Of a stretch of DNA of 64,000 bases, positions 38,301 to 47,187 are shown piece by piece. Origin of the DNA: Thermoplasmata archaeon (GTDB lineage Archaea > Thermoplasmatota > Thermoplasmata > RBG-16-68-12 > JAFNFQ01); contig JBGPQV010000001.1 of NCBI GenBank assembly GCA_041489255.1, positions 64,001 to 128,000 of the forward strand. The letters are read 5' to 3'. Below the pieces are notes generated by a model. It searched no databases and was not told the origin of the DNA. It saw only the letters and a list, made by a program, of their open reading frames with translations. The position numbers were made by a program, and so were the translations under genes. Position 1 is the first letter of the stretch. Every line of letters begins with the position of its first letter.

Positions 38301-41300
38301 GATGAGCCGCCCATCCGAGTGCACGAGGAATACATCCTCCACGAGATACGTGCCCGGCTTCTCCACCTTGAGGTTCTTGAGGTCTTTCAATTCATACTTG
38401 TTCTCGTCGAAATACCTTTGATAGAGAACCTCGATGTTCATGGGCACTTGGCCAATGGCCTTCGGTTTCACCCCGAATTCGACCTTCTTGGTTTCATTGA
38501 TGCCGAGTTCCTGTATCGGCTCGAGACCCCTGACATCGATATCTCCCCCGAGACTGAGGTTTATGTTCCTCGCGTTCAGCTTGCCCTTGTTGGAGACCTC
38601 GACGACACAGTTGTTCCAGACATCTTGCTGCAGGCCTTCCTCGGTGAATTTGACAATCAGGTTGGGATACCTGCTCTTGATGAAATTCTGTATTTGGATC
38701 CCGGCGGAGACTTCCGCCTGTTTCACGAGTATGTCAGCCATGTTCAAATCCTGCTTCTCCAAGGCCTTGCTAGCTTCCGCGAGTATCCTCTCCGCCTCGA
38801 CGACGTTGACGCCGGATTTCCTCGCGCTGTCGATCATCGTTGAGATGCTGCGCATCTTCGATTCATACCGGTCGGAGAACTGCCTTCTCCTCCTCTCGCG
38901 GACCATCGTCTTGCCCTCAGCCACGAGACTCTCGGCCTTGGCGAGGTTGAGCGCCTTCAGGGCCTCCCTTGCTTGAAGGGCCAATGGCCGGAGATCCCCG
39001 ACCTCCACCCCGACCCGCCCCGCCTGGGCGAGCATGTCCTCGAAGGTGCGGATATCCTTCTCCACGTGATCGCCCTCCGCCGCGCGTCTCGCCCCGTCGA
39101 GCAATACCTCGATCTGCTTGGCGATACCATCTAACGCTGTCAGGTCCCTTCTCTGGACGGCTTCCTCTGCCTTCTTGTACAACGCTTCCGCGGCGCCCGT
39201 CTCAAGGCCAGCGTCCCTGCAATCCTGAATGACCGTATTCATTGCTTTCAGTTTGGCAGCCACGTGGACCTGTTGCGCCGATCCGACCATGTTTGAGATT
39301 TTCTTCGCGATATCCTGGAGGTTATCGAAGCGCCCGAGAGCGAGGTCCTCCTGTGCCTGCTTGAGCAGTTCGTTCGACTTCGTGACATCGATTCCAAGAA
39401 CTTGGGTTCGCTCGACCTCGGCGGAGAGAACCTTGAGCTCGCTCTCCAGCTGCCGTATGTCCGCGTGCCGCTTCGCGGTCTCAACTATGTCATTGATGAC
39501 CTTGGTGTACTCGATCGTCTCGACGAACCTGCCGTCCTTGAGCGCCTCGTCAGCGTTCGAAATGACCTTCTCGCCTCTGAAGACTTCGAGGCCCGCCGCC
39601 TTTGCCGATTCCAGGTTCGACCTGGACTTGTCAAGCAGGTCCACGGCCGCTTGCTTGAGGCCTTCCTGGAGGGTCTGGGCGAGGCTCTCCGAATCGACGA
39701 GTTCCTTTGCCACGTCCGCAAAACGCCCCTCGCCGAAGGCCTTCTCGGCCTTCTGGACCGCTTCCCCCGCGCCCATGATTTCTATGTCGGCGCGCGATAG
39801 GTCTGCGATCAGTTTCTTGAAGTTGGCGATCTCGGCCTTCGCCAAGTCCAGCTCCTTCGTCCTGAGCGCTTCCTGCTGAGCCTCCCAGGCCTTTATCGCT
39901 TCATCCGCCTTGTTCTCCGCAATCGATCCATATTCGATTGCCTTGTCGATGCTGCCCGTCTGGAGCGATTCCTTGGCAGTGTCCAGGATGTCGGCGGCCT
40001 CGCCTGTGGGGATGTTGTGCTCCGCCGCCCTCTTCAGCCGCTCCGTGCCCCTGTCTATGATCGCTTTGGCAGCAACCAAGAGTTGGGCTTTCAGTTCACT
40101 TGCGGTCTTCTCGAGTTCCTGCAGAATCCCGTCGACCTCTTCGTACTTACGCTGCCGCAACGCGACTTCTGCCTTCGCAATTGTCTCGTCGGATTCCTCG
40201 ATGTCCACGTTCGCGTTCTTCAATTCAGCGATGAGAGCCTTGACGCGAGCGAAAGTCCTCATTGCCCTCTTGCCATCCTCGGCAACTTGCTTGCTGCGTT
40301 CCTTCTCCTGAGCGCCTCTGGCCGCGGCGATCGTCTGCTCAATGCTGGCGGCAACTAAGAACGCTTCACTGAATCGGCTTTCATTTAGCGCTTGCTCCCC
40401 TCGTGCGAGCATGTCGTCGAGCGGTGGTAGATGAACGCCCTCCGCGCTTGCTTTCTGAATGGCGGTCTTGGCCTTCTCGAGCCGGCGCTCCGATGAGGAT
40501 TTCAGATCCGCCCACAGCAACCCCACGGCGTCTTCTGTTGTCTTGAGGCGTATCTCTGCCTCCTCCACCTCGTTCTTGTCAAGTGCAGCGTGAACCGATG
40601 CAATCCCTTCGCGCGGTTTCGCGACGTCGACATCGACATTGGCGAGCTCGTCAACCCTTTGCTGGAGCTCCCACAGCTTCCGCTGCATCCCCCTCGTCCT
40701 CTCGCTCACGATCCTGAGCGTCTCCGCTTCCTCGACAGCCAACTTCCGCTCTTTCGTTTCGAGGGCTCTCTCGGCACGAAGATGTGCGAGCCGCGCGAAC
40801 TCCAGCGCCTCGTATATCTTGCCCTGTTTGAAAGACTCCTCGGCGCTCTCAAGGAACTTCCGCGCCTCTGCAGAAGTGACACCTTTGCGCTCCGTGCTTT
40901 CCACGGCCTTACGGGATTTGTCGATGAGGTCCCGCGCAGAGCCCTCCAATGATGTCTTCAGGCTCTGGGTGAGGTCTTCAAGCTGACCTATGATGGTTTC
41001 AGCATCGTCGAAACGTCCATGGTCTAATTGCTCCCTCGCCTTCGCGATGAACTCGTCTGCGCCGGCAACGTCCACGTCTGTCCTCCTAAGCTCCACCAAC
41101 AGATCGCGAATCCTCTCCAAGCGAAGGACCGCGCGGCGGAGTCTCTCCTGGTTCGGCAGTTCCAGCTCCTGCTCGACCATCCTCTCGATGTTGAACGCCT
41201 GGCCGACGAGTGCCGCTTCCTCCACTTGCCTCAGCAGGGCCTTGACCTTGCTCGCGTCGAGCCTTCCTGCACCCGCTTTCTCAACGATTTTCTCCACTGC

Positions 41301-42563
41301 CGTCGCCACAGCGGCTCTCTGCACGGCCTCGCGCGCGAGCTCGACGGCTTTCCTGGCACGAGCGATGAGCTTGCGCATGTCGTCGGGCTTCTTGGCATCG
41401 AATGAGGCGGCTGCGTCCTTCAGTAGGATCTCGACGTCCGATGTGTCAGCTTTGATAGCCCTGAGGTCCGCCATGTCGAGCCTAAGCGAATCGAGGGATT
41501 CGGACATCTTCCTGAGCTCTGCGGCATCCTTGACCCCGATGCTTGCTTCCCTGGCCAGCGTTCTCACACGGGCATATTCGCCTTCAGCCAAGGCCTTCCT
41601 TGCCTGCTCGAGAATAGGGTACACGGCACTAACGTCCGACTTCTTCCTCTCTTCCTTCTTGGCTTCGTTCTCTACGCGCTTCAAAAGGCTGTCTGCGGCT
41701 GCGAGTCTCTTTGCCACCTTGACCGCCGCTCTGGTCTCGCGTGACAGCCTTTGGACATCGGCATAGACACCATTCTTGAGGTTCTCTCTGGCATCGTGGA
41801 TGAGCCTGCGGGCCACGTTGACATCGGCACCTTCCTGTCCAGCCTCGCTCGTCTCGGCCATGGCAACCTTGAGGAGCGACTCAGCTCTCGCGTAGCGCCT
41901 GGCTTGTTCCGCCTTCTCTTGAGCCTTGAGGCACCGGTTCCTTACCTCGCCGAAGTCGTCCGCCTTCAGGGCATCCTCTGCCTTCTTCAACTCATCCATT
42001 GCCTCGGATGGATCAGCCCCTCTCTCGCGGCAGTAGGTCACCCTCTTCCTTGCGGCTTCCAAGAGGCTCTCCGCCCTCTTACGGAGCTGTGCCTCCTGCT
42101 TGCGGGCACCCGTGCGCCTGAGAAGCCTCTCGGCCCCACCGAGATCTCCGGCATCAATCGCCTTAGTCGCGTCAGTCAGGCTCTTCTCCAGGGCGAGCGT
42201 CTCGACTCCAGACGCTTTTGCCTTTTCCACCGTCAGTTTGGCCTCAGATATGCGCGCTTGAATCCTCGCCTTGCTGCCGGCTATCTCCACCGCCCTCTTG
42301 GCGGCTTTCGCCGATTCCAGTGCGGTGTCCAGGTCGTTCTCGGATCTGGCTTTGTCGGCCTTCTGCAGTAGGCGGTTCGCCACCGCGGTGTCGGTCCCTT
42401 TCGCCCCCTCGAGGCCTACCGACTCATGCGCCGCCGCCAGGGCCTTTTCGAACCTTTCGGCAGTCGCTCCGCTGAGAGGCTTACGGCCCGCAGGGGTTCC
42501 GCAGGCAACGCATGCTTTTGCGCCCTCGGGGAGGGGCGAATCACAGATGCGGCAACTTGCCAT
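35397..42563 (-). CDS. Giant (2388 aa) multidomain protein: Zn ribbon, helical repeats, 2x(Ig-like + longin-like), IleRS C-terminal-like (DUF5915-like) tail
   Basis: CRIC...CVAC; repeated G.DV..A..LL..A..AL..G.Y units; two EDV.L.H.DGR.I modules; VDTEMTEDILSEGYAKEIVR; ATG 42563. Confidence 0.85.
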   Translation of the reverse strand: MASCRICDSPLPEGAKACVACGTPAGRKPLSGATAERFEKALAAAHESVGLEGAKGTDTAVANRLLQKADKARSENDLDTALESAKAAKRAVEIAGSKARIQARISEAKLTVEKAKASGVETLALEKSLTDATKAIDAGDLGGAERLLRRTGARKQEAQLRKRAESLLEAARKRVTYCRERGADPSEAMDELKKAEDALKADDFGEVRNRCLKAQEKAEQARRYARAESLLKVAMAETSEAGQEGADVNVARRLIHDARENLKNGVYADVQRLSRETRAAVKVAKRLAAADSLLKRVENEAKKEERKKSDVSAVYPILEQARKALAEGEYARVRTLAREASIGVKDAAELRKMSESLDSLRLDMADLRAIKADTSDVEILLKDAAASFDAKKPDDMRKLIARARKAVELAREAVQRAAVATAVEKIVEKAGAGRLDASKVKALLRQVEEAALVGQAFNIERMVEQELELPNQERLRRAVLRLERIRDLLVELRRTDVDVAGADEFIAKAREQLDHGRFDDAETIIGQLEDLTQSLKTSLEGSARDLIDKSRKAVESTERKGVTSAEARKFLESAEESFKQGKIYEALEFARLAHLRAERALETKERKLAVEEAETLRIVSERTRGMQRKLWELQQRVDELANVDVDVAKPREGIASVHAALDKNEVEEAEIRLKTTEDAVGLLWADLKSSSERRLEKAKTAIQKASAEGVHLPPLDDMLARGEQALNESRFSEAFLVAASIEQTIAAARGAQEKERSKQVAEDGKRAMRTFARVKALIAELKNANVDIEESDETIAKAEVALRQRKYEEVDGILQELEKTASELKAQLLVAAKAIIDRGTERLKRAAEHNIPTGEAADILDTAKESLQTGSIDKAIEYGSIAENKADEAIKAWEAQQEALRTKELDLAKAEIANFKKLIADLSRADIEIMGAGEAVQKAEKAFGEGRFADVAKELVDSESLAQTLQEGLKQAAVDLLDKSRSNLESAKAAGLEVFRGEKVISNADEALKDGRFVETIEYTKVINDIVETAKRHADIRQLESELKVLSAEVERTQVLGIDVTKSNELLKQAQEDLALGRFDNLQDIAKKISNMVGSAQQVHVAAKLKAMNTVIQDCRDAGLETGAAEALYKKAEEAVQRRDLTALDGIAKQIEVLLDGARRAAEGDHVEKDIRTFEDMLAQAGRVGVEVGDLRPLALQAREALKALNLAKAESLVAEGKTMVRERRRRQFSDRYESKMRSISTMIDSARKSGVNVVEAERILAEASKALEKQDLNMADILVKQAEVSAGIQIQNFIKSRYPNLIVKFTEEGLQQDVWNNCVVEVSNKGKLNARNINLSLGGDIDVRGLEPIQELGINETKKVEFGVKPKAIGQVPMNIEVLYQRYFDENKYELKDLKNLKVEKPGTYLVEDVFLVHSDGRLINHQTRKFRESIDEDIFSGMLTVVQDFVKDSFRQRTKTGLKRLEFGESKILLEKSEHTYVACVTVGDEPDLLPLYMVEVLRQVEERYGKALDGWSGMMQELEGINEYVAKLIFVTDQKGASLGALESSPVTEAVRILRSTTLLDEDATEVEKLLGQAKEYAAIDPETAWQAINKARDEATKAVDKFKSKMKSLRDTTHQYVDEMREIGADVSQSEILMRDADEAYEDGEFDRLQDIHLRIREGVERTKDAQVSKRVESDLTNLIQDIQSARTEGADVTMAESYLSRVQDALEEKNYRLVEDYFRRARESLDEGRKEALLKRCREALDRLTSTVVEAKQLGVGVEEAEGLLMRAADALRQERGQELEALLEAARSSVNQRIQDHLKDRYPRLFMTLPTGGLQEGLWNRYSVAVANKGNWPAKNIEIKMFGGSDVDGPKVIPFIGPNEKKTIDFGVRPGGTGTVPVDLQVFYHRPLDESRYELTESKEAKVENAGTYLVEDVILIHKDGRPIASESRSLRDQLSDEKMAKMLKTVQMFIKDVFVDKSGVGLKRMGFESANILVEQALDVSLGVAVLGEEPKLLPLYMVELLQMIQEKYGRQLAEWDGDSSKLEGVQEMLRSLLFVTQVAGADLGSLNASAVTAWARMAAKAGPRGKGDGDFIDTARAKIDAEGFASVVELIKQMKDYAARPAEELTAEVKAAVLATKETIGLELSDEEISAYVDVLRQVLQAVHRAKQKAGMESYWPVKRVAVKPGAQLGIDAVTSFRKIIVNQSLAKELDIVPPNETWRGMNIRVQVDTDALNRAYKLWAKKIEILLKSQDAWKIKSGINKGAYAVGIEGQKVSIDREMVWFEETLPETVVEEPYEGGIVYVDTEMTEDILSEGYAKEIVRIIKDVRKEMKLQEEQGIQLQIKASKGLHKMLKNWREYISSQTNSADLRFVEQQPTDGYVVEATLGDESFALGVKTAEA

Positions 42564-42746
42564 AATGCCAGACCCGTCCCTAAACTTGAGACTGAGCCAG
42601 TCTTGAGTAGCTAATACAGGATTCGGTATAAAAGTAATCGTGGGGTTATCGTTTGAGATAGCGGGAGCGGCCAGCAAGAAAGGTTAAAGTAACGTGGACG
42701 CTCTTCGCGCCCGCTGGTCGCAAGACTGGCCGCCAAAGGTGGTTCT

Positions 42747-43148
42747 CTGCGTTCGGATGACAGGCATGAGCTGATTGGGAAGCAAGTTATCGACACTGAC
42801 GGCATCGAGGTTGGCTACGTGGTGGACGCGGACTCGCGTTTTCTCCGCCTGGCGGAAGGCCCCATCAGGAACGTCGGCCTTGGCCGCAGATTTGTGAAGC
42901 AGGTCACCGACAAAGTGGTGCTTGGCGGACCGGCATCGGAAATCTTCTCCGGCCTCAACGTGATTGATTCTTCGGGGGAGTTCGTCGGCATAATCAAGGA
43001 TACCGTCGAATCCGGGGATGTCCTCGACAGCCTCATCGTGGAGGATGAGGAGGGTGGGATGCTAGTAGTGGTGATGGAAGATATCTCCGTCATGGACGAG
43101 TGGGTGGAACTCCGTGTCTCAGCCGAGGACCTAGAAGAGAAGCAGTGA
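42747..43148 (+). CDS. Tandem PRC-barrel protein (probable CTG start)
   Basis: Upstream in-frame ELIGKQVIDTDGIEVGYV and second GLNVIDSSGEFVGII; AGGTG before CTG 42747. Confidence 0.78.
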   Translation: MRSDDRHELIGKQVIDTDGIEVGYVVDADSRFLRLAEGPIRNVGLGRRFVKQVTDKVVLGGPASEIFSGLNVIDSSGEFVGIIKDTVESGDVLDSLIVEDEEGGMLVVVMEDISVMDEWVELRVSAEDLEEKQ

Positions 43149-43316
43149 TCATTCCTCCGCCGGGCTCAGCATGAGTATCGCGAAACCGAGCCAGACGAGA
43201 GCGACCATCGTTAAGAGGATGTTACCGTAGGTGGGGAGGAAGCTCACGCCGACGAGGATTATGGGGACGATTATCCCGATGAAGAAGTAGAGCATTTTCC
43301 GGGATGTTTCCTCCAT
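43149..43316 (-). CDS. Small two-TM membrane protein
   Basis: 55 aa, two hydrophobic helices, downstream of rpe. Confidence 0.65.
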   Translation of the reverse strand: MEETSRKMLYFFIGIIVPIILVGVSFLPTYGNILLTMVALVWLGFAILMLSPAEE

Positions 43317-43346
43317 GTTGTTCCCCTGCGCTAACAATAGCTTTCG

Positions 43347-44009
43347 TTAAATACCTTGGCCTTCGGCGACTTTCTTGAGGTCCCTCACCCTCTGCGCGAT
43401 GTTGCCTCCGAATATCGCACTGCCGGCCACGAGTATGTCCGCGCCGGCGGATGTGACCTTCGACGCGGTCTGCATGTTGATGCCCCCGTCCACCTCCAGC
43501 TCGACACCGACATTCTCCCTGCTGATGTACCCCTTTGCCTCCTTTATTTTCGGCAACACCTCAGGCATGAACTTCTGTCCCGCAAAGCCAGGGTTCACGG
43601 TCATGATGAGGAGGAGGTCCACGTCTTTGAGGAACGGGACGGCCTTCTCGAAGGGCGTTGGCGGATTGATGACCACGCCGGGGCTCTTCCCTTCGTCCTC
43701 GATTAGCCTGATTGTCTTCCTGACATCGTGGGCGGCCTCGATGTGCACCGTGATTATGTCCGCGCCGGCATCCGCGAAGGGTTTGACCATCCTTTCCGGG
43801 TGCTCTATCATCAGATGCACGTCAAGGGGAAGCTTCGTGCACCGCCGCACGGCGTGGACAATCACAGGACCGACCGTGATATTCGGGACGAAGTGGCCGT
43901 CCATGACGTCGATGTGGAATAGGTCGGCACCTCCCTTCTCGGCAAGCTGGACTTGCCTGGTCAATTCCGTATAGTCGGCGGAAAGTATCGACGGGGCTAT
44001 CTTGACCAT
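43347..44009 (-). CDS. rpe: Ribulose-phosphate 3-epimerase
   Basis: IAPSILSAD, HIDVMDGHFVPN, DVHLM, MTVNPGFAGQ, EVDGG. Confidence 0.97.
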   Translation of the reverse strand: MVKIAPSILSADYTELTRQVQLAEKGGADLFHIDVMDGHFVPNITVGPVIVHAVRRCTKLPLDVHLMIEHPERMVKPFADAGADIITVHIEAAHDVRKTIRLIEDEGKSPGVVINPPTPFEKAVPFLKDVDLLLIMTVNPGFAGQKFMPEVLPKIKEAKGYISRENVGVELEVDGGINMQTASKVTSAGADILVAGSAIFGGNIAQRVRDLKKVAEGQGI

Positions 44010-44034
44010 CGATTTTGGGAACAAGCTCTGCGAA

Positions 44035-44820
44035 TTAAGCTTTGCCCGCCGGTTCGAGCGATCCCGCCTTGACAACGAGCACCGTCAAGTTGTCAGGAGT
44101 CCCCCTCATCGCCACCGCCTCATGTTGCAAAGCCTCGGCGACCGCAGGCGCCGTCGTCATCTTCCTCGCGATGGTCGCGGCCTCATCGGGGCGCATCACA
44201 TCCCAGAGTCCGTCGCACGCTGCGATTATCCAGAGGTCGTCCTTACAAAGGCGGGCGCTTGCCAGGTAGGGATCGGAGATGATGCCGATGTCTTTGAATT
44301 CGCGGTCACCTAGGCTGCGAGTGCATTGCAGCCCGTGTCCCTTTGAGTCCATCACATACGACCCATCGATGTGCCCTCCGGCATCGATGATCCGCATCTT
44401 CTCATCTTGGTTCGAGAGGCGATGAAGCTCGGTAAGGATCTTGTGGTTCACCTTCGAAACCAGCAGCAGCTCCGCATCCCCGGTATTGGCGACGGCAAAA
44501 TCGCAGCCATCAAGGAAGAATGCCACCGCCACGCAACCCGACCGCCTTTCGACGACCTCCCTGTCTATCGACAGGAATGCCTTCTCCAGTGCCTTATCCG
44601 CGGGAAAACCGGCGGCGAAGGCATTTTGAAAGAGGCCGGGGAATCTCCTGCCCGCCAGATCCGCGACCTCGGAACCGCCATGGCCGTCGAAGACGCCCCC
44701 GAGCACCCTCCCCGGAACGCCGCCAAAGTCGCATACTAGCGAGTGTGTGTCCTCCAATCTCGCGCGCCCTCCGATGTCCTCGACGGCCCATGCTTCGTTC
44801 TCGCGACCTTCGCCCTTCAT
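44035..44820 (-). CDS. PP2C (PPM) family Ser/Thr protein phosphatase
   Basis: LED, GVFDGHGG, ANTGD, TRSLGD, ACDGLWD, DNLT. Confidence 0.92.
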   Translation of the reverse strand: MKGEGRENEAWAVEDIGGRARLEDTHSLVCDFGGVPGRVLGGVFDGHGGSEVADLAGRRFPGLFQNAFAAGFPADKALEKAFLSIDREVVERRSGCVAVAFFLDGCDFAVANTGDAELLLVSKVNHKILTELHRLSNQDEKMRIIDAGGHIDGSYVMDSKGHGLQCTRSLGDREFKDIGIISDPYLASARLCKDDLWIIAACDGLWDVMRPDEAATIARKMTTAPAVAEALQHEAVAMRGTPDNLTVLVVKAGSLEPAGKA

Positions 44821-44928
44821 GTCATCCGGTGAAGAGCTCTCACCCGCCTAAACCTTGGCTCGGGGACCAGAGTTGCTTGTGGACATCAATTGAAGAACTG
44901 TTAAGAGGGACACGGCGATTCTCGTCGC

Positions 44929-47184
44929 GTGAAACTCAAAGGCCTCGTCAAGGAGCGATATGGCGTTGTTTCTTTGGCGGTCATTTTCGTGATGTGCAGT
45001 GTTTTTGTTCTCTCCCACCCCCACTCTTTCGAGAACGCGACCGTCCCTGACGAGAGGTCGTACTACGGCTGGGCTCGACTATATAATGAAGGCATCTACG
45101 ACATGCCGCTCTATGACTGGTTCGGAGTGCAAGCGGGCCTTGATTGCTATGTGAACGCAAGCGGAATCCATTACCTAGAGCTCCATGAGAGGCTGATTCA
45201 AAGCGGTGGCGGCACGCTCAGCCTCGAGATCCGCGTGACCATGCAGGACTGGGGTGGTGCGGCGGGAGCGCAAGTCCACCTGTTCTTGCAGCGAACCCGC
45301 GTCGACCTTAGCGGCAGCACTAACTCCTCCGGAGCCGTCCTCTTCGCAAACCTCCCGAAGACGCCGATGTCCATCGCGGTCCACTACTACAAGGCCCCTC
45401 AGGGAACGCAGCCGCCAATCGACCTCGGAGCTTTCGCGCCTTATGATACTAGCGGGATCGGTGAGCCGTATCAGACGCGAATCGATGTTGTCAACTATTC
45501 GTCCACTGGTTCGCAATACGAGCTGGCCATACGCCTCGTGGATTCGCTCGACGATCCTGTCCCAGGAGTCAACCTCACGTATGTAGTCAGGGGCGATGGA
45601 CAGCCCCAGCCAATCGGGGTAACGGATGGCGATGGGGCCTACACGCTCACGTCTACCCGGCAAGGTAGCCAATCCATCATCGGCAAGAAGGACTCCAGAC
45701 GAGGGTTGGCCCCCATAGCCTCGGTGGTTCCTCAGGGGGACGGGTACGTCGTCGTGAACCACTGGGCGCCGGGCTACTCCATCATCCTTGGCATCCTCGA
45801 CAGGGCCCACCTGGCGGATTTTACTGGAGTCTTGATGATGGCCATGGCGCTCGTGGCGACCTATATGCTCGCGCGCAGGCTCTTTGGCTGGAAAGTGGCG
45901 ATGGTCTCCGGAATCCTTCAGTTGACCTGCGGCGTCGCTCTCTTGCTGATTTGGACGGTGGGCATGGCGGACTACGCATCGATGGCCTTCGCTCTCGTGG
46001 GAATCTGGCTATTGATAGAAGCCATCTTGCCGAAGAGAACCTGGTACCTATCCATCCCATTGGGCTTCTTCGGCGGTGCGGCTTTTGGCGTGAGCGTCTG
46101 GATACGCTATTCCACCGCCTCGCTCTTGCTGGCAGTACTGTTCCTCATCCTCGCCATCTCCTTCAAGGACTGGAAAGAGTTGCGCGTCAAGGGCAAGGTC
46201 GCGCTCCCCTTGGCCAAGCGTTTCATCGCGCGGACGACGCCTTTCGCTGCCGGGCTCGCACTGCTTCTGGTTCCTCTTGCAATCTACAACTCGACGTACT
46301 TCGGCGGGCCTTTCGGTGCGAGCCACAACTACGGCGGCCAGATAAACATCGATAGCAGCGGCGGCAATGTTTCCGCCAGCGTCGTCACCGGGAGCGTCTA
46401 CTCGAACTTCGATCCGATGGGCTCGATCCCGACCATGGCGGTGCGGCTTCACTGGCTTTTCACGGTGATGCCGTTCCTTCTCCTTCTCCCGGCCGCGCTC
46501 TACATTGGTTGGCGGCGGCTGCCATTCCTATTCCTCTTCGCCTGGGTGCTATCGAACCTTCTCCTCTACATGTTCATCCCTTGGGTCGCGAGCTGGTGGG
46601 AGGCAGCCAGGGCGATGGAAGACACCAGATACTTCCTGCCCGCCATGCCACCCGCAGCCATACTGGGCGGATTGGCGATCACGCAATGTCTTCTGGTTCC
46701 GAGGAGACGCAGGACCCTTGGCGTGATAATCCTCGCGTTTTTCGTCGTCGCTGGGTTCGCCGTCGCGCAAGTCGCTATTGAAGCACAGGTTGAAAGATCG
46801 GCCAACCAACCTGGAGGCGGGCCCGGTCCAAGCGGTCCGCCGAATCCACCGCCAACGCCAGAACAGAACTACACCGTCCTGACCGTCCGTCAGCTCTTGG
46901 GAGGGCCAGGGGTCTACAGCGACAAGCTCGTCGAGGTGCGCAACTGCACGTTCGATCATTGGATCGACTCTTCTTCCTTCTTGTTCCGCGACGCCAGCTC
47001 CCCGGTCCTGCTGAGGGTCGCGCTGCTGTCCGGTTACGCTCCCCCGGCGCTCTCGCCGGGCACCGTGTTCCATATCAAGGGGGTGTTCCTGTGGAATGAC
47101 AACAATGGTGATACGATTCCGCAGCCGCAGGAACTCTTAATCACGGTGAAGGCGGGAACGACCGACTCGATAGTGCTCGCGTAG
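44929..47184 (+). CDS. GT-C (PMT/ArnT-like) membrane glycosyltransferase with inserted beta-domains and C-terminal OB-like domain
   Basis: TM then PDERSY acidic motif, NHWAPGYS, many TMs, IRYS, RYFLP; Pro-rich linker. Confidence 0.75.
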   Translation: MKLKGLVKERYGVVSLAVIFVMCSVFVLSHPHSFENATVPDERSYYGWARLYNEGIYDMPLYDWFGVQAGLDCYVNASGIHYLELHERLIQSGGGTLSLEIRVTMQDWGGAAGAQVHLFLQRTRVDLSGSTNSSGAVLFANLPKTPMSIAVHYYKAPQGTQPPIDLGAFAPYDTSGIGEPYQTRIDVVNYSSTGSQYELAIRLVDSLDDPVPGVNLTYVVRGDGQPQPIGVTDGDGAYTLTSTRQGSQSIIGKKDSRRGLAPIASVVPQGDGYVVVNHWAPGYSIILGILDRAHLADFTGVLMMAMALVATYMLARRLFGWKVAMVSGILQLTCGVALLLIWTVGMADYASMAFALVGIWLLIEAILPKRTWYLSIPLGFFGGAAFGVSVWIRYSTASLLLAVLFLILAISFKDWKELRVKGKVALPLAKRFIARTTPFAAGLALLLVPLAIYNSTYFGGPFGASHNYGGQINIDSSGGNVSASVVTGSVYSNFDPMGSIPTMAVRLHWLFTVMPFLLLLPAALYIGWRRLPFLFLFAWVLSNLLLYMFIPWVASWWEAARAMEDTRYFLPAMPPAAILGGLAITQCLLVPRRRRTLGVIILAFFVVAGFAVAQVAIEAQVERSANQPGGGPGPSGPPNPPPTPEQNYTVLTVRQLLGGPGVYSDKLVEVRNCTFDHWIDSSSFLFRDASSPVLLRVALLSGYAPPALSPGTVFHIKGVFLWNDNNGDTIPQPQELLITVKAGTTDSIVLA

Positions 47185-47187
47185 GAA

